This document shows positions 19,338 to 28,883 of a stretch of DNA of 29,474 bases, in pieces. A model generated the notes under the pieces. That model saw only the letters and a list, made by a program, of their open reading frames with translations, was not told where the DNA came from and did not search any database. Numbering within the stretch: position 1 is the first letter of the stretch; every line of letters begins with the position of its first letter. The DNA lies in NCBI GenBank assembly GCA_050298595.1, contig JBNKUM010000072.1, positions 1 through 29,474 on the forward strand, read 5' to 3'. Position numbers and translations under genes: made by a program. The stretch is from Gammaproteobacteria bacterium. Its GTDB lineage: Bacteria; Pseudomonadota; Gammaproteobacteria; GCA-001735895.

Positions 19338-19994
19338 TTAATCAAACGGATCAAGCTGTGCCTGCTGATTGACTGGTCGCACAATTAATCCGGCCTGCCC
19401 CATTGTCACCCTGAAGTGAGCGCCATCGATCATCGGCATATACACACCCTGTCCGAACAGGGTGTCCACAAACCACAACTTCTCGCGTAGCAAATGTTTT
19501 AACTTCCAGATATCCAGACCTCGTGCTGCCTGTGATAAGTCAATCACGGTTGCAAGTTGTCGCTTAGCCTGTTCAACATCATGGTAACGACCGCTTAAGC
19601 GTTCCAGTTGATAATAGCTATCTAGTCCAATTAAATTGGCCCAGCCCTTCCATTTCAGGATACGCGCATCCAGCAGCCATTGATCGCCCTGTATCACATA
19701 GTAATGCTGATCTTCATCGAGTTCGGAAAAAGACAGCGATAGTTGAAATTTCTGTGGCCCCAGTTTACGCAGATACACATCAGCAACCAGTGATTCCTGA
19801 GTCAGCCGCTGGTAGGTATGCAGGTTGGAATACATCAACAGGATAATCAGGAACAGAGAGAGAAATAGAAGGCTTTGCCCACTCCACAACAGGCCGGATA
19901 AAATTTTCCTGCGCTTTAATTGATGTACAAAACGCCATGCCGCCACACCTAACAAAAGAGCAAATATCGCAGCGATGATCAGTAAACCATTCAT
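19338..19994 (-). CDS. Membrane-anchored hypothetical protein
   Basis: Two N-terminal hydrophobic helices followed by a soluble domain (GDQWLLDARILKW, ERLSGRY). ATG at 19994 or TTG at 20000. Confidence 0.75.
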   Translation of the reverse strand: MNGLLIIAAIFALLLGVAAWRFVHQLKRRKILSGLLWSGQSLLFLSLFLIILLMYSNLHTYQRLTQESLVADVYLRKLGPQKFQLSLSFSELDEDQHYYVIQGDQWLLDARILKWKGWANLIGLDSYYQLERLSGRYHDVEQAKRQLATVIDLSQAARGLDIWKLKHLLREKLWFVDTLFGQGVYMPMIDGAHFRVTMGQAGLIVRPVNQQAQLDPFD

Positions 19995-20091
19995 ACCCAA
20001 AAGGATACCAGAGTCAGAAAAAAATTAGACCACTTACAGTAGGTTATTTTTTAAAAAGTATCAGAGTCCATATGAGAATGGTAGAGATACC

Positions 20092-20841
20092 CTAAACCTC
20101 AATCCACTCGAACCCCTGATTCTGACAGGCGATCACGGGGGAAGCACGATGACCAAGATCTCGCAACAAACTGGCAACCAGCTCAGGAGAATTATTCTTT
20201 TGTGAGATATGACCCGCGATTAAACAGTCCAGATGTATAGTGTTGATTTGCCTTAACAGATCAATCGATTGATGATTAGAAAGATGGCCATGGTTACCGG
20301 CAACGCGTTGTTTCAGGTGATAAGGATAGGGACCATCACGCAGCATCTCTGGATCGTAATTAAACTCCAGTAGCAAACCATGCAAATTATCATAGGCCTG
20401 CAACATATGTCCGCTAATATGACCACTATCGGTGAGTATGCCCAGCCGTCTATCCTGTGACTGCTGCCTGAAAACAAACTGAACAGGCTCTGCCGCATCG
20501 TGCGGAACTGTTACTACATCGATGATCAAATCAAGTAGCTGGAGTTGCTGTCCTCCACTAATCACCTGATAGTCATTGATATTTAATACTCGCGCGGTAC
20601 CCACCGTCATGCACAATGGAATAGCATATTTACTGGCTACCCGAGCTACCCCGCTGGCATGATCAGCATGCTCATGTGTCACCAGAATTGCGCTGATATC
20701 CTGCCCGCTTAAAGCTAAATTTTGCAGGCGTTTTTCAAACTGTTTTAGCGAAAAGCCACAGTCGATCAGGATACTGCCCTGCTCTGTGCGGACCAGTGTT
20801 GCATTTCCTTTGCTGCCGCTACCTAAGGAAGCAAGCCACAT
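20092..20841 (-). CDS. MBL-fold metallo-hydrolase (YycJ/WalJ-like)
   Basis: LGSGSKGN, IDCG, THEHADH, VPHDA, GHLSN and HISQKNN; usual position after bamC. Confidence 0.9.
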   Translation of the reverse strand: MWLASLGSGSKGNATLVRTEQGSILIDCGFSLKQFEKRLQNLALSGQDISAILVTHEHADHASGVARVASKYAIPLCMTVGTARVLNINDYQVISGGQQLQLLDLIIDVVTVPHDAAEPVQFVFRQQSQDRRLGILTDSGHISGHMLQAYDNLHGLLLEFNYDPEMLRDGPYPYHLKQRVAGNHGHLSNHQSIDLLRQINTIHLDCLIAGHISQKNNSPELVASLLRDLGHRASPVIACQNQGFEWIEV

Positions 20842-20875
20842 ATAATTTACGAATATTCCAGATTGCTATCCAGGC

Positions 20876-21967
20876 TTATTTCAACTGCTCCTGTAATAAT
20901 TGCAGAATTTCACGTGACTGTTCTGATTTAAGTATTGTGCCAGACTCATTTTTGATATCGATTCGAGTCTGACTCGCATTAGACCCATTTTCTAATGCCA
21001 GAAAGATTTTATCGGTACTACTCTCATCCTTTGCTTTGCCAGTAAGTGCTAGTAAATCAGCCGCCAATACTTTTACCTGACCACTATTAACGCCCTTATC
21101 ACGCTCCAGCAATGGAATGCTTAAGCGGTCAAGTTGTAACTGCAAACGATTCCAGGTTTGATCAAAACTCTGCGCAACCACAAGATAGGTAAGTTCCTCA
21201 GCTTCGTTAAATTCAATACGGGTAAGCGGTGTAAAAAGTCCAATCTTTTCCATTTCCTGCTTAACCTGATCATCTTGCATACCCAGGAAAAGCATCAGAC
21301 GCGATAACATCTCATACTCTTTGGTAGGATCAGATGGCACCATTTGCCAGCCGCTGCTGCGATCCGTATGTATGACGGATTTTTTAGCTGGATCCTGTAT
21401 CATAAGCTCCTGACCTCTATGCGCCAGAAACACCAGGCTACTATTATCATCAGCTCTTTCAATGCGAGTTGAGTATTGATCTTTAAACTCAGCGCCTTTC
21501 ATACTTTCCAGAATCGAAGCAATAAAAGATCCCGAACCGGATTTTGCACTCATCCATTCGGTTTCCATCACACCAACAGCAGGCTCATCCTTCAGCAAGG
21601 TAAACCCCTGCTCGGCCCAGAAGCTACGTAATAGCGGGTAAACCGCTTCAGCCTTATCAGACACCCTTAACCAGTGTGAATCGCCATGACCTTCAATCGT
21701 TAAACCTTCAACTCTGGGAAGGGTTCTCATTTCGACATTCAGATTACCCGTTTCAACATAACGCCCTCTGTTTTCGGGCAAACCCACCTTGGAGCCGGGG
21801 ATATTCAGGTTGGACTCAGCTGATACCTGAGTCAGGTCTGGCGGTATTTCAAGCGTGGGCGTTATTTCACTAGTACGATAATTGAGAATTTTTTCATCAG
21901 TGGAACTACAGGCTGTCAGTGACAGGACGATGAAAACAGTAAAAAGTAATCTCATATATAATCTCAT
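20876..21967 (-). CDS. bamC: Outer membrane protein assembly lipoprotein BamC (NlpB)
   Basis: Lipobox LTAC, LEIPPDL and GVMETEW; overlaps the dapA stop (ATGA). Confidence 0.85.
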   Translation of the reverse strand: MRLYMRLLFTVFIVLSLTACSSTDEKILNYRTSEITPTLEIPPDLTQVSAESNLNIPGSKVGLPENRGRYVETGNLNVEMRTLPRVEGLTIEGHGDSHWLRVSDKAEAVYPLLRSFWAEQGFTLLKDEPAVGVMETEWMSAKSGSGSFIASILESMKGAEFKDQYSTRIERADDNSSLVFLAHRGQELMIQDPAKKSVIHTDRSSGWQMVPSDPTKEYEMLSRLMLFLGMQDDQVKQEMEKIGLFTPLTRIEFNEAEELTYLVVAQSFDQTWNRLQLQLDRLSIPLLERDKGVNSGQVKVLAADLLALTGKAKDESSTDKIFLALENGSNASQTRIDIKNESGTILKSEQSREILQLLQEQLK

Positions 21968-22839
21968 AATGCACCCGCAGACTGTAATGCTGAACGTACC
22001 TGATCATGGTACTTTTCATTCAATACAGTTAGCGGTAGACGCATGGTTGTACCGCATAAGCCCATTTGAGCAACGGCCCATTTAACGGGGATAGGATTAG
22101 ATTCTATAAATAGCGTTGAATGCAGTATCTCGATCTTTTCATCGATTTGCTGAGCCAGCTCAGCATTGCCATCCAGCGCAGCCTGACACATAGCCGCCAT
22201 CTGAGCAGGTACCACATTGGCGGTTACCGAGATAGAGCCATGACCACCCTGCAGGATAAATTCACGAGTGGTGGCATCATCGCCACTAAGCAGGTTGAAA
22301 TCGCTATCCACTAATTGCTGAATCTGACGCAGTCTTTCCAGATCACCGGTAGCTTCCTTAATACCGATAATGTTGGGGATTTTGGATAAGCGGGCAACGG
22401 TTGCTGCCTGCATGTCACAGGCGGTGCGTCCTGGCACATTGTATAAAAGCTGATCGATACTCACTGCTTCGGCTATCGCCTTATAATGCTGATACAGCCC
22501 TTCCTGAGTCGGCTTGTTGTAATAGGGGGTAACCAGTAAAACGGCGTCGCTACCGGCTTTTAATGCACAGCGAGTCAAATGAATCGCCTCAGAAGTTGAG
22601 TTCGCCCCAGTGCCAGCAATCATCGGTACACGCTGATTAATCATTTCACGCGAACGATTAAGAAACTCACAATGCTCATCAAAATCAAGCGTAGCTGATT
22701 CACCGGTAGTTCCTGCAATCACCAGACCATGACTGCCCTGTTCTACATGGAAATCAATCAGCTTTTCCAGTTTAGCGTAATCGATCTCTCCGCTATCCAA
22801 CATCGGTGTCACCAATGCCACTAAACTACCTTTAAACAT
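21964..22839 (-). CDS. dapA: 4-hydroxy-tetrahydrodipicolinate synthase
   Basis: GTTGES, VTPYYNKP, LYNVPGRT, GIKEATG and SNPIPVK. ATG at 22839 (MFKGS) with a GGGGTG RBS. Confidence 0.97.
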   Translation of the reverse strand: MFKGSLVALVTPMLDSGEIDYAKLEKLIDFHVEQGSHGLVIAGTTGESATLDFDEHCEFLNRSREMINQRVPMIAGTGANSTSEAIHLTRCALKAGSDAVLLVTPYYNKPTQEGLYQHYKAIAEAVSIDQLLYNVPGRTACDMQAATVARLSKIPNIIGIKEATGDLERLRQIQQLVDSDFNLLSGDDATTREFILQGGHGSISVTANVVPAQMAAMCQAALDGNAELAQQIDEKIEILHSTLFIESNPIPVKWAVAQMGLCGTTMRLPLTVLNEKYHDQVRSALQSAGAL

Positions 22840-22881
22840 GCTATGCACCCCAAAAACTGTGTGTAAAAAATTAAGCTGGCT

Positions 22882-22910
22882 ATGGTATAAAGACTGCCCC
22901 TATTAAACAA
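22882..22910 (-). promoter_or_regulatory. Putative sigma-70 promoter of dapA
   Basis: Minus strand TTGTTT-N17-TACCAT. Confidence 0.4.
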
Positions 22911-22951
22911 GCGTACAGTGTGCAAACTGTCAAAATATCCAGGAGAAAATC

Positions 22952-23419
22952 ATGCCTGCTGTAGAAATCGGCAAAAAAGTTAAGAATTTTTCGCGCCCAG
23001 CCACCTCAGACAAAACCATTAGCCTAAATAGCCTGAAGGGCAAAAATCTGGTTCTGTATTTTTACCCTAAAGACAGTACCCCCGGTTGTACTACCGAAGG
23101 CCAGAATTTCCGTGATCTTTATGCCGATTTTCAGAAAGCCAACACCGAAATCCTTGGTGTTTCTCGAGACAGCCTGAAACGTCATGAAAACTTCAAGGCG
23201 AAACAGGAGTTCCCTTTCGAACTACTATCGGATGAAGATGAATCTCTATGCCAGCAGTTTGACGTGATAAAACTGAAAAAGTTGTATGGTCGTGAATATA
23301 TGGGCATAGATCGCAGCACTTTCCTGATCAATGCCGAAGGCAAACTGGTACAGGAATGGCGCAAGGTAAAAGTCAAAGGGCATGCCGAAGAAGTACTAGC
23401 CGCAGCCCAGGCACTATAG
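22952..23419 (+). CDS. bcp: Peroxiredoxin Bcp
   Basis: LYFYPKDSTPGCTTE, ILGVSRD and RSTFLI motifs; AGGAG RBS. Confidence 0.93.
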   Translation: MPAVEIGKKVKNFSRPATSDKTISLNSLKGKNLVLYFYPKDSTPGCTTEGQNFRDLYADFQKANTEILGVSRDSLKRHENFKAKQEFPFELLSDEDESLCQQFDVIKLKKLYGREYMGIDRSTFLINAEGKLVQEWRKVKVKGHAEEVLAAAQAL

Positions 23420-23444
23420 ATTTACTTTCAACAATAAAAACATC

Positions 23445-23623
23445 TTAACCACAGATTAGGGCTAGGATGCCCGTAATTAGAGCAACGCAGGAGCAGTTGC
23501 CGAGCGCACAGAGAACACGGAGGTTATAAAGCTTTCTTTTGACTCGAGAAGGATGATCAGGTAATAAAACTGAGTAAACAGACTATCTTTCCTCTCTGTG
23601 CCCTCTGTGTTCTCTGTGGTTAA
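23445..23623. repeat. Inverted-repeat (MITE/REPIN-like) element with 9-bp periodic CACAGAG arms, between convergent bcp and cysB
   Basis: Right arm 23594-23623 CTCTGTG-CC-CTCTGTG-TT-CTCTGTG-GTTAA. Left arm TTAAC-CACAGA[48-bp insert]G-CG-CACAGAG-AA-CACGGAG (23445-23522). TTAA at both outer ends. Confidence 0.75.
23456..23503 (+). other. 48-bp twin-hairpin insert with GGA loops interrupting the left arm of the repeat element
   Basis: Hairpins GGGC-TAGGAT-GCCC and GCAAC-GC-AGGA-GC-A-GTTGC, with GA duplicated at the junctions. Removal restores the arm periodicity. Confidence 0.7.
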
Positions 23624-23638
23624 ATTCTTTTAATGTAA

Positions 23639-24556
23639 TCAGTCTTTTAACAGGCTGAGAGCATTATCTCCCACGCCGTTTTGTAGCAGATCGATAAATT
23701 GCTGTTCGTATCGGCGCAGGTAGCGATCTTTCATATAAGCTATGCGAGTAACTTCCCAGGGAAATAACTGACTCAGATCGCGCGCCTGCAAGCCCTGATC
23801 CTTAGTCTCCGAATAGGCAAAGCTAACGATAATGCCCACGCCAAAACCTTCACGTACATAGGTTTTTATCACATCGGTATCGGCCGCGCTCAATACGATG
23901 CGCGGTTTCAACCCCAGACGTGCAAAACTTTTCTTAAAATGGCCGGCTCCGGTAAACCCGGATACATAGGTAATCAGCGGATACTCGCACAGATGCTCAT
24001 GGGTTAAAGGGTTCTGGTTCAGCACAGCATGCCCATCGGGCGCGATCAGACTACGGTTCCAGCGATAACAATGTATAGAATCAAGCAAGGCATCATCACC
24101 AAGTGCTTCGGTACAGATGATACAATCGACCTGATCTTTTTTTATCATTTCAATCAACTGCCTGGGGCTACCCTGATGTAACTGTACCTCGACCTCAGGA
24201 TAACGCTGGCGAAAGCTACGTAACACAGGCGGCAGCATATAACAGGCCTGGGTGTGTGTCGTCCCCAGTCTGAGCACACCTTTACTGTCCTCTACAAAGT
24301 CTCGCCCGATAGCCTGAATATTTGAGGTATCAGACAGTGCCTTACGTGCATAAAACAGTACCTGATTACCCGCTTCGGTAAATCCAGTTAAGCGTCGTCC
24401 CTGACGATTGAAGATCACAACGCCTAACTCATCCTCCAGTTTCGACATGTGCTGAGACACCGCCGACTGCACCAGATGTAACTGAGATGCTGCCTCGGTG
24501 ACATTGAATCCAGTTTCAGCGAGTGCTACCAGCGAGCGTAATTGTCGTAACTCCAT
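23639..24556 (-). CDS. cysB: CysB/Cbl-family LysR transcriptional regulator
   Basis: N-terminal LysR HTH, LGTTHTQA and DTDVIKTYV motifs typical of CysB/Cbl; divergent from cysJIH. Confidence 0.85.
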   Translation of the reverse strand: MELRQLRSLVALAETGFNVTEAASQLHLVQSAVSQHMSKLEDELGVVIFNRQGRRLTGFTEAGNQVLFYARKALSDTSNIQAIGRDFVEDSKGVLRLGTTHTQACYMLPPVLRSFRQRYPEVEVQLHQGSPRQLIEMIKKDQVDCIICTEALGDDALLDSIHCYRWNRSLIAPDGHAVLNQNPLTHEHLCEYPLITYVSGFTGAGHFKKSFARLGLKPRIVLSAADTDVIKTYVREGFGVGIIVSFAYSETKDQGLQARDLSQLFPWEVTRIAYMKDRYLRRYEQQFIDLLQNGVGDNALSLLKD

Positions 24557-24601
24557 ATCACATTACTTGATTATTAATAATAATTCATCATTTTACATGA
24601 T
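24557..24601. promoter_or_regulatory. Two palindromic LysR-type boxes ATCA-N7-TGAT
   Basis: ATCA-cattact-TGAT at 24557-24571 and ATCA-ttttaca-TGAT at 24587-24601. Both fit T-N11-A. Confidence 0.7.
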
Positions 24602-24657
24602 TACCAATTCGACTCAATATCCAGCCCTACAAGATTCTTTAGCTTTGGGTGACCATC

Positions 24658-26442
24658 ATGAACAATGTCTTAAAACAGATAGACCTACCACAGGGAGATA
24701 GCCTGGATCAGTCCCAACGTCAAAACCTGACGCAGGCGATACAGGGCCTGACCCAACAGCAACTCAACTGGGCCAGTGGATATCTGGCTGGCCTCAGTCA
24801 GGCCCAGAACCCTGAGCAGGCACCACAGGAACTGGAACAAATCACTATTCTGTATGCCAGTCAGACGGGAAATGCGCAATCCATAGCTCGCCAGTTAGAG
24901 CGCGAATATCAGGCCAGTGGATTTAATACCCGCCTCATTTCAACTGCCGATTACCGAGGTCGGGATCTTGCCAAAGAAAAATACCTGCTACTGGTCATCA
25001 GTACTCAGGGCGAAGGTGAAGCACCCGAATCAGCTTTTGAATTGCAACAGTTTGTATTCGGGCCTAAAGCCCCACAATTGAAACAGCTCAACTACGCGGT
25101 GTTTGGACTGGGTGATTCCAGCTACCCTGATTTTTGCCAGGCCGGAAAAGATTTTGACCAGCGACTGGAACAGCTGGGTGCACAAAGATTGCTGGACCGA
25201 GTCGATGCTGATATAGATTTCGATGAGAGCGCAAGCGAATGGCGCGCCACGGTCATCAGGCAATCACATGACTGGCTATCTGTCAGCAGCAGTAACGTGG
25301 TCAGCCTGAATGCCGCCCACCATAGCAGCCGTTATGATCGCAATAATCCTTACCTGGCAACCGTGCTGGATAGCAAACGCATCACCACTGATGATGCAAT
25401 AGCCGAGATACACCATATCGAGTTACAGATTGATGCCAGTAGTCTGCAATACAAACCAGGTGATTCTATTGGGCTATGGAGCCGCAACAACCCTGCTCTG
25501 GTTGGACAGATCCTGCAAAACCTGCAGTTAGATGCTGAAACCACTGTCAAATACAAAAAACAGCAACTGACCTTACAACAGGCGCTAGAAGAACAGCTGG
25601 AAATCACCCAGCTACATCCTTCTGTCGTCAAAAGCTGGGCAACCATTGCAGAAAACGACAAGCTTAAACAGATAACCGAAGACAACGATCAGCTGCGTAG
25701 TTTTGCAGCAGGCCACCAGCTCATCGAGCTTGTCATTAAGTATCCAGCTACAGTTGATGCACAAAGCCTGGTGCAGGCCCTGCTACCGCTGCAACCTCGC
25801 CTGTACTCTATTGCATCCAGCCAGCAGGCATTCGACGATGAGATTCATTTAACGGTATCAACCCTGCAATATCAAAGCAATGACGGTGATACCCGCTATG
25901 GCAGTGCCTCACAGTACCTCAATCAGCATATTCAGTCCGGTGACAGCCTGCGCATCTATGTTGCCGAGAACGAACAATTCCGTCTGCCTGAAGACAGGCA
26001 GATACCCGTCATCATGATTGCTGCCGGCACCGGTATCGCTCCATTCAGGGCTTTTCTGCAGCAACGCAAAGCCGACAATGCCAGCGGTGAAAACTGGCTG
26101 ATCTTTGGCAACCGTCATTTCCATCGCGACTTTATTTATCAGCTGGAATGGCAGAAATACCGTGCAGCGGGATTACTTAATCGCATTAGCCTGGCTTTCT
26201 CACGTGACCACCAGGACAAGGTATACGTACAGGACCGCCTGTTCGAAGAAGCCGAAGTGCTTTACAGCTGGATAGACAAAGGCGCGCAGATCTATGTCTG
26301 CGGTAGCAGCGAACTGGACAGCGCAGTACATCAGGCACTGATAGACATCGTACAACAGCAAAACCAGTGGGATGACCAGCAGGCCGAGCAATTCGTCAAT
26401 AACCTACGCGCCGAAGGCCGTTACCTGAGAGATGTTTACTAA
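24658..26442 (+). CDS. cysJ: Assimilatory sulfite reductase flavoprotein subunit
   Basis: WASGYLAG, SQTGNA flavodoxin motif, RLYSIAS, AGTGIAPFR and RYLRDVY. ATG at 24658 preferred over the GTG at 24649. Confidence 0.95.
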   Translation: MNNVLKQIDLPQGDSLDQSQRQNLTQAIQGLTQQQLNWASGYLAGLSQAQNPEQAPQELEQITILYASQTGNAQSIARQLEREYQASGFNTRLISTADYRGRDLAKEKYLLLVISTQGEGEAPESAFELQQFVFGPKAPQLKQLNYAVFGLGDSSYPDFCQAGKDFDQRLEQLGAQRLLDRVDADIDFDESASEWRATVIRQSHDWLSVSSSNVVSLNAAHHSSRYDRNNPYLATVLDSKRITTDDAIAEIHHIELQIDASSLQYKPGDSIGLWSRNNPALVGQILQNLQLDAETTVKYKKQQLTLQQALEEQLEITQLHPSVVKSWATIAENDKLKQITEDNDQLRSFAAGHQLIELVIKYPATVDAQSLVQALLPLQPRLYSIASSQQAFDDEIHLTVSTLQYQSNDGDTRYGSASQYLNQHIQSGDSLRIYVAENEQFRLPEDRQIPVIMIAAGTGIAPFRAFLQQRKADNASGENWLIFGNRHFHRDFIYQLEWQKYRAAGLLNRISLAFSRDHQDKVYVQDRLFEEAEVLYSWIDKGAQIYVCGSSELDSAVHQALIDIVQQQNQWDDQQAEQFVNNLRAEGRYLRDVY

Positions 26443-28124
26443 TGGATCAGCAAGTCAACGAAAACGAAATTATTAAGCTACGCAGTAACTATTTACGCGG
26501 CACCCTGGAGCAAAGCCTGAAAGATAATATTACTGGTGCTCTCAGTCCTGATGATGCGCAGCTGAGTAAATTCCACGGCTTTTATCAGCAGGATGATCGT
26601 GATATCCGCCAACAGCGTACCCAACAATTACTGGAACCCTATTACAGCTTTATGCTGCGTGCACGTCTACCCGGTGGTGTCTGCACCAGCAAGCAATGGC
26701 TGGCGATTGATAACATCAGTCAGCAACTGGGCAATGGCTCAATCAGATTGACCACGCGCCAGACCTTTCAGTTTCATGGCATCATGAAACACAACCTGAA
26801 GCCGCTGATCCAGCAGATCAATCAATCCATGATCGACTCTATTGGTGGCTGTGGTGACATCAACCGTAACGTCATGTGCAACCCTAACCCTCAGCAGTCA
26901 GATTTACATCAGCGGGTCTATGAGTGGGCACAGAAAATCAGCGAACATCTGCTGCCCTCATCGCGCGCCTATCATGAAATCTGGCTGGATGGCGAAAAGC
27001 TGCAACAACCCGATCAGGAACCCATTTACGGTGAAAGCTATCTACCACGTAAGTTCAAAACCGCGATAGCGATTCCACCGCATAATGATGTCGACATCTA
27101 CACCAACGATATGGGCTTTATTGCTATCGCCGATCAGGGTGAGCTAATCGGTTTTAATGTACTCGCAGGCGGCGGTATGGGAACCACCCATGGTGATACC
27201 AGCACCTATCCACGTCTGGCCGATGATCTCGGATTTATCACACTGGATCAGGTACTCGCGGTCGCAGAAGCCATCGTTACTGTACAACGCGACGAAGGTA
27301 ACCGCAGCAGTCGTCGTCATGCTCGCCTGAAATACACTATCGATAAACTGGGCATCAATACTTTTCGTGAACTGGTTGAAAATTGTGCCATGGTAAAATT
27401 CGCTCCTGTACGTACAGTTGAATTCAGCAAACAGGGTGATCGATTTGGCTGGATTAAAGGAAGCGATAGCAACTGGAACCTGACACTTTACATCGAAAAC
27501 GGCCGTGTCGCGGATAGCGAACAACTTAAACTGATGACAGGCCTACGAGAAATAGCAGCCATACATCAGGGCGATTTTCGTATCACTCCAAGTCAAAATC
27601 TACTGATCGCTGGCGTCAGTGAAGTCTCTAAGCCGCAGATCGAACAACTCATCGAACAGTATGGGCTGATTGATTCCAACAATAGTCAGGTTCGTTTAAA
27701 TAGCATCGCCTGTGTTTCCTTCCCTACCTGTCCGCAAGCCATGGCGGAAGCCGAGCGTTATTTTCCCGATCTACTGACAAAGATAGAAGTACTATTAGAG
27801 CAACATAAACTTAGTGATCTGGATACTGTCATCCGCATGACCGGCTGCCCTAATGGCTGTGCCAGACCGTTTGTAGCCGAGATAGGCCTGATTGGTAAAG
27901 CACCTGGCAGATACAACCTTTATCTGGGTGGCGATGGCAATGGCTTCCGTCTTAACAAGCTGTATCAGGAGAGTTTGAACGAACAGCAAATCCTGCAACA
28001 GCTGGATGAGTTGCTGCAAAACTTTTCAGAAAATCGCCTGACAAATGAACGCTTTGGTGATTTTGTAGTGCGCAAAAACATCGTATCCCGGGTGGTAGAC
28101 CCGGTGGTGGATTTCCATGACTAG
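26442..28124 (+). CDS. cysI: Assimilatory sulfite reductase hemoprotein subunit
   Basis: [26 protein letters not shown] and TGCPNGC siroheme/4Fe-4S ligands; TAATG overlap with cysJ. Confidence 0.96.
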   Translation: MDQQVNENEIIKLRSNYLRGTLEQSLKDNITGALSPDDAQLSKFHGFYQQDDRDIRQQRTQQLLEPYYSFMLRARLPGGVCTSKQWLAIDNISQQLGNGSIRLTTRQTFQFHGIMKHNLKPLIQQINQSMIDSIGGCGDINRNVMCNPNPQQSDLHQRVYEWAQKISEHLLPSSRAYHEIWLDGEKLQQPDQEPIYGESYLPRKFKTAIAIPPHNDVDIYTNDMGFIAIADQGELIGFNVLAGGGMGTTHGDTSTYPRLADDLGFITLDQVLAVAEAIVTVQRDEGNRSSRRHARLKYTIDKLGINTFRELVENCAMVKFAPVRTVEFSKQGDRFGWIKGSDSNWNLTLYIENGRVADSEQLKLMTGLREIAAIHQGDFRITPSQNLLIAGVSEVSKPQIEQLIEQYGLIDSNNSQVRLNSIACVSFPTCPQAMAEAERYFPDLLTKIEVLLEQHKLSDLDTVIRMTGCPNGCARPFVAEIGLIGKAPGRYNLYLGGDGNGFRLNKLYQESLNEQQILQQLDELLQNFSENRLTNERFGDFVVRKNIVSRVVDPVVDFHD

Positions 28125-28839
28125 TGAAGTACTGACTCAGGCGCTATTCGATAATGATGAAAGCAGCCTGCTTGAAATCAACCAGCAACTGGAAAAGCTT
28201 GATGCAATAGAACGCATCCACTGGAGCCTGCAACACCTGCCCGATACACAGATATTGTCATCCAGCTTTGGCATTCAAAGTGCTGTCATGCTGCACCTGT
28301 TAACCTCGATCAAACCGGATATCCCGGTAGTTCTGATCGATACGGGTTATCTATTTGCCGAAACCTATCAGTTTATCGATAGCATGACACAGCGCCTGGA
28401 TCTGAATCTGCAGGTCTATCGTTCAAAGCTATCCCCTGCCTGGCAGGAAGCACGCTACGGCGAGCTATGGTCTCAGGGTCTGGAAGGTCTCAAACAATAC
28501 AACCACATTAACAAGGTCGAGCCCATGCAAAGAGCTCTGGCACAATTAAATGTGGGTAGCTGGTATGCGGGTCTAAGGCGCCAACAGGCGAATAGCCGAG
28601 CAGAACTTCCGGTACTCAAAGTGCAGAATGGGCGTTTTAAAATGCACCCTATCATCGACTGGAATAACCGTGACGTACATCACTACCTGACACAGCATAA
28701 CCTGCCCTATCACCCACTATGGGAAAGAGGCTATGTATCGGTAGGTGATCACCACAGCAGCAGGCCACTGGAACTCGGTATGAGCGAAGAAGAAACTCGA
28801 TTTTCCGGTCTCAAAAGAGAATGCGGCCTGCACGAATAA
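28117..28839 (+). CDS. cysH: Phosphoadenylyl-sulfate (PAPS) reductase
   Basis: SSSFG, IDTGYLF, GLRRQQ and C-terminal ECGLH. Lacks the CC and CxxC Fe-S ligands of APS reductases (has NKVEP and SVGDHHS instead). Confidence 0.94.
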   Translation: MTSEVLTQALFDNDESSLLEINQQLEKLDAIERIHWSLQHLPDTQILSSSFGIQSAVMLHLLTSIKPDIPVVLIDTGYLFAETYQFIDSMTQRLDLNLQVYRSKLSPAWQEARYGELWSQGLEGLKQYNHINKVEPMQRALAQLNVGSWYAGLRRQQANSRAELPVLKVQNGRFKMHPIIDWNNRDVHHYLTQHNLPYHPLWERGYVSVGDHHSSRPLELGMSEEETRFSGLKRECGLHE

Positions 28840-28883
28840 CACTTTGACCAATTTTAAACTTAGCTGACTAATCAGGAGATATC

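Noticed and set aside
23507-23618. Repeated CACAGAG/CTCTGTG units as a CRISPR array
   Set aside because: Units are 7 bp with 2-bp spacing and arranged as inverted arms; there are no spacers or cas genes.
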